Shown: in pieces, positions 32,957 through 37,932 of the stretch
Layout of the letters: every line of letters begins with the position of its first letter
Position numbering within the stretch: position 1 is the first letter of the stretch
Source of the DNA: Limnochordales bacterium
Lineage (GTDB): Bacteria; Bacillota; Limnochordia; Limnochordales; ZCTH02-B6
NCBI GenBank assembly: GCA_036562195.1
Contig: DATCKT010000300.1
Coordinates: forward strand, 1 to 37,932
Direction: 5' to 3'
DNA length: 37,932 nt
Translations under genes and position numbers: made by a program
The notes under the pieces: model-generated
The model's database searches: none
Told to the model about the DNA's origin: nothing
The model's input: the letters and a program-made list of their open reading frames with translations, nothing else

Positions 32957-33076
32957 GCCGGTCCTCCTCGCCTTGCCCAGAACAAGAACAGCGGGAACGG
33001 CCCGCATCGGCCCACGTGGGCCGATGCAACGGGCCCATCGGCGCCGGCCCCAGCGCCCGACGGGCCCAGTCGGCGT

Positions 33077-33490
33077 TCACCGCTTGGAGAACTGCGGCGC
33101 CTTGCGGGCCTTCTTCAGCCCGTACTTGCGGCGTTCCTTCATACGGGGATCGCGAGTCAGCAAACCCGCCTGCTTTAGCGGCCTGCGGTACTCCTCATCC
33201 ACCAGCAGCAACGCGCGGGCGATGCCGTGGCGCAGCGCGCCGGCCTGCCCGGTGATGCCGCCGCCGCAGATATTGGCAAACACGTCAAACCGGCCTTCGG
33301 TCTGGGTGACGCGGAAGGGCTCGCGGATCACGGTCTCCAGAATGGGCCGGCTGAAGTAATCCTTCAGTTCGCGGCCATTGACCACAATGCGGCCGGATCC
33401 CGGCACAAGGCGGACGCGCGCCACCGACGTCTTGCGGCGGCCCGTGGCCATGTACTCGGCGAAATCCGTGCTGGGTGCCGGTCGGGACAA
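33077..33490 (-). CDS. rpsI: 30S ribosomal protein S9
   Basis: [21 protein letters not shown]....YF......E.....P...T......[23 protein letters not shown]......[36 protein letters not shown] start after GGAAAGGAGG. Confidence 0.95.
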   Translation of the reverse strand: MSRPAPSTDFAEYMATGRRKTSVARVRLVPGSGRIVVNGRELKDYFSRPILETVIREPFRVTQTEGRFDVFANICGGGITGQAGALRHGIARALLLVDEEYRRPLKQAGLLTRDPRMKERRKYGLKKARKAPQFSKR

Positions 33491-33571
33491 CCTGGCTACC
33501 TCCTTTCCACGCGCGCAGAACGCTCAACCCGCGCGCCAGCGTGCGACCACCGCCCAAGGCGGCGAGAGGTT

Positions 33572-34015
33572 TCAACCTACGGATAGAGGGAACGGCTCAG
33601 GCTTCTGGGCCGCATGAGGATGATCGGGCCCCGCATACACCTTGAGCTTCTTAAACAGCTGCCGCCCGAGCCGGTTGTGGGGCAACATCCCCCACACGGC
33701 GTGCTTCACCAGGCCGGTCGGGTCCCGCTGGAGCAGTTCCCTGGCCGTATATGTGCGCAGGCCCCCGGGACGGTGCGACCGCTGGAAGTAGTACAGCTTG
33801 TCGCTCCACTTCTTGCCCGTCAAGCGCACCTGATCCGCGTTGACGACGATCACGAAGTCGCCCGTGTCCACGTGGGGCGTGAACTGAGGCTTGTGCTTGC
33901 CCCGCAGCACCGTGGCCACCTGGCTTGCCAGACGCCCCAGGGTCTTGCCCTTGGCGTCGATGACGTACCACTTGCGCTCCACGCTGCCCGGCTTGGCCAT
34001 GTACGTGCGATTCAT
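33572..34015 (-). CDS. rplM: 50S ribosomal protein L13
   Basis: [56 protein letters not shown].....PGGL..VWGMLP.N.LGR....KLKVYAG. GGAAGGAG SD. Confidence 0.95.
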   Translation of the reverse strand: MNRTYMAKPGSVERKWYVIDAKGKTLGRLASQVATVLRGKHKPQFTPHVDTGDFVIVVNADQVRLTGKKWSDKLYYFQRSHRPGGLRTYTARELLQRDPTGLVKHAVWGMLPHNRLGRQLFKKLKVYAGPDHPHAAQKPEPFPLSVG

Positions 34016-34108
34016 CGGGCTCGAGCTCCTTCCCGGCCGCGGCCCTTCTTCTTCCTGGAAAGCGCCGCGGCCAAACTCGATATTAATACACGCTCATCCC
34101 AGTGTCAA
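34016..34108 (-). promoter_or_regulatory. rplM-rpsI promoter plus structured leader
   Basis: Minus strand: TTGACA (34108..34103, overlapping the truA stop), 17-nt spacer, TAATAT (34085..34080). The leader hairpin is GGCCGCGGC-(gctTTCCaGGAAgaagaag)-GCCGCGGCC, just before the SD. Confidence 0.6.
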
Positions 34109-34863
34109 CCGTATTCCACGCGCACCAGGCACAGCCCATGGGCCGGCGCGGTGGGCCCCGCCGCCTCCCGCTGCCGGCCGGCCAAGACCTCGCCCACCCA
34201 CTCGGGGGGACGCCGCCCTTGGCCAACCACGATGAGGGTGCCCGCGATGTTGCGCACCATGTGGTACAGAAACCCGTCGGCCCGGGCCACGATGCGGACC
34301 ACCTCTGGCCGCTCGGGGCAGCGGGTAACGCTCAACTCCATGAGATGCCGGGTCGTCGACCGCACCGGTGTGCTGCCGGCGGCCCGGAAGGCGGCAAAAT
34401 CGTGCCGGCCCACCAGCAGCGCCGCCGCCCGCGCCATGGCCGCCACGTCCAGCGGCGGCGGCACGTGCAGCGCGTAGCGGGCCCAAAACGGCGACGGCAA
34501 CGGCGCGTTCCAGACGGTGTACTGGTACACCTTCGCGGTGGCGTCCCGGCGCGGGTGGAACCCCAGGGGCACCTCGTCGGCGGCCTGCACCACCACCTGC
34601 TCCGGCAGCCGGCTGTTGAGGGCGTAGGGCCAACGATCCACAGGAATCCGGCTGCGGGTCCGGAAACTGATGACCTGGCCCAAGGCATGGACGCCAGCGT
34701 CCGTGCGCCCCGCCCCCAACACCCGTACCTGTTCGCCCGTCAAGGAAGCGATGGCCGCCTCGAGCAGGCCTTGGACGGTGGGACCCCGCTTCTGGCGTTG
34801 AAAGCCCAATAAGCCCGTGCCGTCGTAGGCCACCACGCAGCGGATGTGCCGCTCTCCGCTCAC
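34105..34863 (-). CDS. truA: tRNA pseudouridine(38-40) synthase
   Basis: GTG 34863 overlaps the ecfT stop (GTGA). VAYDGTGLLGFQRQ..GAGRTDAGVHALGQV (catalytic Asp)..FHPR.DA..K.Y.Y. The upstream 29 codons of the track ORF are unlikely to be coding. Confidence 0.9.
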   Translation of the reverse strand: MSGERHIRCVVAYDGTGLLGFQRQKRGPTVQGLLEAAIASLTGEQVRVLGAGRTDAGVHALGQVISFRTRSRIPVDRWPYALNSRLPEQVVVQAADEVPLGFHPRRDATAKVYQYTVWNAPLPSPFWARYALHVPPPLDVAAMARAAALLVGRHDFAAFRAAGSTPVRSTTRHLMELSVTRCPERPEVVRIVARADGFLYHMVRNIAGTLIVVGQGRRPPEWVGEVLAGRQREAAGPTAPAHGLCLVRVEYG

Positions 34864-35654
34864 CCGAACCGCCACCCCAGGACGGTGAAGAACAGTAACG
34901 TACCCCCGAGGGCCAGCCAGTCCCGCCTCTCCCAACGGGCGGTCCGCCACCGGATCCGCCCCGCCGCCCCCCGCCAGCAGCGGGCTTCCATGGCGGTCGC
35001 CAACTCATCCGCCCGCCGGAAGGCGCCCACAAACAGCGGCACCAGCACCGGCACCAGGGCCTGGACCCGGCGCAGGGCTCCACCGGTTTCAAAGTCGGCG
35101 CCGCGCGCGCGTTGGGCCTTCATGATGCGGTCCAACTCCTCCAGCAGCGTGGGCACGAAGCGCAGGGCCACGGTCGTCATCATGGCGAGCTCCTGGGCCG
35201 GCAGGCCCAGCCGTTGCCCGGGTCTCAACAGCCACTCCAAGGCTTCGGTCAGGGCGATGGGCGAGGTCGTCAGCGTGACCAGGGACGCCCCAGCCGCCAG
35301 CACCAAGAGCCGCGCGGCCAGCCGGCCGGCCGTGTCGACCCCCTCCACGCTGATCCGGACGGGCCCCAAGGCGACCAGCGGCGTGCCCGGCGTGAACAGC
35401 ACGTGCAAGACGACCGTCAGGGCCACCAGCCACAACACGGGGCGCAAGCCCCGGACCACGTAGCCCAGCGGCAGGCCGGAGAGCAGCGCCGCGATGAGCA
35501 CGTAGGCCGCGAGGGCCCCGTAGCCGGCCCAGGCGTCCACAACGAACACCACCACGGCCAGGGCCAGCCCCACGAGCAACTTTACCCGGGCGTCCACCCG
35601 GTGCAGCGGCGAGCGGCCCGGCACAAACTGGCCCAGTGTAATGTCCCTCAGCAC
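34860..35654 (-). CDS. ecfT: ECF transporter transmembrane (T) component
   Basis: GQFVPGRSPLHRVDARVKL.., multiple TM helices, and the conserved ARG-type coupling helices (..KAQRARGADFE..). It sits directly downstream of the two ecfA genes. Confidence 0.9.
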   Translation of the reverse strand: MLRDITLGQFVPGRSPLHRVDARVKLLVGLALAVVVFVVDAWAGYGALAAYVLIAALLSGLPLGYVVRGLRPVLWLVALTVVLHVLFTPGTPLVALGPVRISVEGVDTAGRLAARLLVLAAGASLVTLTTSPIALTEALEWLLRPGQRLGLPAQELAMMTTVALRFVPTLLEELDRIMKAQRARGADFETGGALRRVQALVPVLVPLFVGAFRRADELATAMEARCWRGAAGRIRWRTARWERRDWLALGGTLLFFTVLGWRFG

Positions 35655-36610
35655 CGCTGCCCGCGCTCCCGCCGTCCCGCCCTGTGGCCGGGATCATGGG
35701 AGGGGCGCTGCTGGTCCGGCCCCGGCTGCCACGGGCGAAAGCCGTGCGCGGCCCGCTGCGCGGCCGCCCGCGCGATGGCCGCGACCACGTCCTCGTCCCG
35801 CACCACATGGCCCGGCAAGTCCCAACCCCTCTGCCGCAGCTCGTCCACCAGTTGGGCCGCCACGGGCACGTCCAGTCCCAGCGCCTGGAGGTCCGCCCTG
35901 CGGGAGGCGCCCAGCACCTCCGCCGGAGGACCCGCCAGCGCCACCCGGCCGCCTGCCAGGACGATCACCTTCTCCGCCAGCCGCGCCGCCTCTTCCAGGT
36001 CGTGGGTGACCAGGACCACCGCCACGCCCTGCTCCCGGTGCAAGCGTGCCAAGAGCTCCAGGAGATCCCGCCGTCCGATCGGGTCCAGGCCGGCCGTCGG
36101 CTCATCGAGGACGAGGTAGCGGGGCCCCATGGCCAGCACGCCGGCCAGGGCCACCCGCCGCTGCTGGCCCCCGCTGAGGGTAAAGGGCGAGCGATCCTTG
36201 AGGCGCTCGTAGTCCAGACCCAGCGCGGCCATCGCCTCCTGCACCCGCTGGACCACCATCGCCTCATCCAGGCCCAAGTTGCGGGGACCAAAGGCCACAT
36301 CGGCGTAAACCGTCTCCGCAAACAACTGCTGCTCGGGGTACTGGAACACTAGCCCCACCCGCTGGCGCACCGCTCGCCAGTCCACGCCGCGCGCGCCCAG
36401 ATCCTGCCCGTCCACCCACACGGTCCCCGGAGGCGGGATCAGCAAGCCGTTCAGATGCTGCAACAGGGTGGACTTGCCTGCCCCCACGGGCCCGACCAGG
36501 GCCACGAACTCCCCGTCCGCGATGGTGAGGCTGACGCCCCGGAGCGCCGGAACCGCCAGCGGCGTGCCCGCGTTGTAGGTGTAGTGCAGGTCCTTTACGA
36601 CGATGGGCAT
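35648..36610 (-). CDS. ecfA2: ECF transporter ATPase EcfA2
   Basis: ATG 36610 (MPIVVKDLHYTYNAGTP). Walker A GPVGAGKST, signature LSGGQQRRVALAG, Walker B YLVLDEPTAGLD. It overlaps the ecfA1 3' end by 16 nt. Confidence 0.92.
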   Translation of the reverse strand: MPIVVKDLHYTYNAGTPLAVPALRGVSLTIADGEFVALVGPVGAGKSTLLQHLNGLLIPPPGTVWVDGQDLGARGVDWRAVRQRVGLVFQYPEQQLFAETVYADVAFGPRNLGLDEAMVVQRVQEAMAALGLDYERLKDRSPFTLSGGQQRRVALAGVLAMGPRYLVLDEPTAGLDPIGRRDLLELLARLHREQGVAVVLVTHDLEEAARLAEKVIVLAGGRVALAGPPAEVLGASRRADLQALGLDVPVAAQLVDELRQRGWDLPGHVVRDEDVVAAIARAAAQRAAHGFRPWQPGPDQQRPSHDPGHRAGRRERGQRC

Positions 36611-37407
36611 AGGTGCGCCACCAAGTCCTCGACGCGCCGGCACCACAGCGGCACGTCCAGACCGGCGGCCCGCAAGCCCCGGGCGAGGCGCACCAGCGGC
36701 GGCTCCACGAGGCCCAGCCGCTCCGCGAGTCCCGCGGCCGCGAACAGCCGCTCCGGCGGCCCGTCGAAGGCAACTCGCCCGCTTTCCAGGGCCACCACCC
36801 GCTCACAGGCGCCCAGCTCGTCCATGTGATGGGTAATGAGCACCACCGCCACCCCTTCCGCCGCACACAGCCGGGCTACGACGCCCAAAACTTCCGCCCG
36901 GGCGTCCGGATCCAGCATGGCGGTGGCTTCGTCCAGGACGATGCACTCGGGCTCCATGGCCAGCACGCCGGCGATGGCCACCAGCTGCTTCTGGCCGCCC
37001 GACAGGCGATGGGGTGGCCGCTCCCGCACGTGCTCCAGCCCCACCGCGGCCAGGGCCCAGTTTACCCTCCGTCCGATTTCCGTGGGCGGCAGTCCCAGGT
37101 TCTCCGGCCCAAAAGCCACGTCCTCCTCCACGGTGCCGGCCACCAGCTGGTTGTCGGGGTTTTGGCCCACGAAGCCCACCCGGCGGCGGATGTCCCACAG
37201 GGCGCCGGGGTCGGTCGTCGCGCGCCCGGCGACGATGACCCGGCCCTCGGTGGGCAACAGCAGCCCGTTACACAAACGGGCCAACGTGGACTTCCCCGAT
37301 CCGTTGGCCCCGACGATGGCGACGAACTCGCCCCGATGGATGGTGACGTTGACGCCGGCTACAGCCCGCACCCCAGTGCCGGGGTACGTGTAGCCGGCGT
37401 TTTCCAA
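36595..37407 (-). CDS. ecfA1: ECF transporter ATPase EcfA1
   Basis: Walker A GANGSGKST, signature LSGGQKQLVAIAG, Walker B CIVLDEATAMLD. The start codon is ambiguous: TTG 37407, or ATT 37413 two codons upstream, in the 27-nt gap after rplQ. Confidence 0.9.
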   Translation of the reverse strand: MENAGYTYPGTGVRAVAGVNVTIHRGEFVAIVGANGSGKSTLARLCNGLLLPTEGRVIVAGRATTDPGALWDIRRRVGFVGQNPDNQLVAGTVEEDVAFGPENLGLPPTEIGRRVNWALAAVGLEHVRERPPHRLSGGQKQLVAIAGVLAMEPECIVLDEATAMLDPDARAEVLGVVARLCAAEGVAVVLITHHMDELGACERVVALESGRVAFDGPPERLFAAAGLAERLGLVEPPLVRLARGLRAAGLDVPLWCRRVEDLVAHLCPSS

Positions 37408-37434
37408 TTCAATGAGCGGACTGGCGATACGGCC

Positions 37435-37773
37435 TCACACCAGTTCGATGATGGACATGGGCGCCGCATCCCCCTGGCGGGGTCCAATCTTGACGATGCG
37501 GGTGTAGCCGCCCTGCCGCTCGGCGTAGCGGGGCGCCACTTCGTCGAAGAGCCGCTTGACCGTTGCCTTGTCCATCAGGAACGCGGCCGCCTGCCGGCGC
37601 GCGTGCAAATCGCCCCGCTTGCCCAGGGTGATCATCTTTTCCACCAGCGGGCGGACAGCCTTGGCCTTGGCCTCGGTGGTGGTGATGCGCCCCTTGGCGA
37701 TGACGGCGGTGGCCAGATGGCGCAGGAGGGCGCGGCGATGGCCGCTGGTGCGGCCCAGTTTCTGCAGCTTCAT
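37435..37773 (-). CDS. rplQ: 50S ribosomal protein L17
   Basis: [75 protein letters not shown]. Confidence 0.95.
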   Translation of the reverse strand: MKLQKLGRTSGHRRALLRHLATAVIAKGRITTTEAKAKAVRPLVEKMITLGKRGDLHARRQAAAFLMDKATVKRLFDEVAPRYAERQGGYTRIVKIGPRQGDAAPMSIIELV

Positions 37774-37791
37774 GGCCTCTGCTCCCTCCCC

Positions 37792-37932
37792 TCACTCGTC
37801 CGGCTGGCGGAGCGACAGCCCCAGCGCCGCCAGCTTTTCCTTGACTTCCTGCAGCGATTTCTTGCCCAAGTTGCGCACTTTGAGCATATCCGCCTCGGTC
37901 TTGCGGATCAACTCTTCCACGGTGTTGATGCC
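37792..37932 (-). CDS. rpoA: DNA-directed RNA polymerase alpha subunit, C-terminal 46 codons; the 5' part lies beyond the right window edge
   Basis: My translation of the minus strand gives [46 protein letters not shown], the alpha-CTD HhH motif. It is absent from the ORF track because it is open at the edge. Confidence 0.9.
   Translation of the reverse strand, partial: GINTVEELIRKTEADMLKVRNLGKKSLQEVKEKLAALGLSLRQPDE

Noticed and set aside
32474-33007. Treating 32717..33007 and 32474..32668 as two separate small genes or as a simple nonsense pseudogene
   Set aside because: The second ORF would lack the redox motif and an SD. The stop falls precisely on the catalytic Cys position and is followed by a hairpin, and the gene retains its SD, TM anchor and terminator. 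The selenocysteine reading explains this better, although the pseudogene alternative is not excluded without the rest of the genome.
1-37932. CRISPR arrays, IS/transposase or integrase genes, prophage genes, tRNA/rRNA genes
   Set aside because: I looked for regularly spaced repeats, terminal inverted repeats, DDE/tyrosine-recombinase motifs and tRNA T-arm motifs on both strands. I found none. The only GTTCGAA-like string lies inside the TPR-HD-GYP coding frame.

Overview
This window is very GC-rich (roughly 68-70% by eye) and contains about 40 genes. I found no rRNA, tRNA, CRISPR array or recognisable mobile element. The right end carries the Bacillota-type block rpoA-rplQ-ecfA1-ecfA2-ecfT-truA-rplM-rpsI. 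Together with prkA-yhbH-spoVR, a GerE-like HTH and a YpiB/IDEAL protein, this suggests a high-GC, spore-former-related Firmicute, possibly a diderm lineage; that is an inference only. Housekeeping genes include acnA (partial), punA, rnhA, an MDR-family dehydrogenase, a bifunctional FBP aldolase/phosphatase, nth, an SDR, pncA, ndh, lepB and an MBL hydrolase. Because of the GC content the ORF track is full of long antisense or off-frame 'shadow' ORFs. I chose frames by protein motifs, Shine-Dalgarno (SD) position and third-codon-position GC content. The most interesting items are: (1) two track ORFs that form one thioredoxin-fold gene, with an in-frame TGA exactly at the first Cys of CxxC and a SECIS-like hairpin, making it a candidate UxxC selenoprotein; (2) an RND pump with a ~360-aa C-terminal extension (signal-peptide-like helix plus a ~300-aa beta-barrel-like domain), preceded by a LolA-like gene and with no HlyD/TolC partners; (3) a cytoplasmic TPR-HD-GYP protein followed by a small secreted pro-peptide gene, a Rap/Phr-like layout; (4) a JAMM-TM-LysM protein divergent from a MoaD-MoaE fusion that has an internal GG; (5) an 11-bp-phased DnaA-box array upstream of a GerE-like gene. 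All functional calls come from my own reading of motifs. No database search was run.
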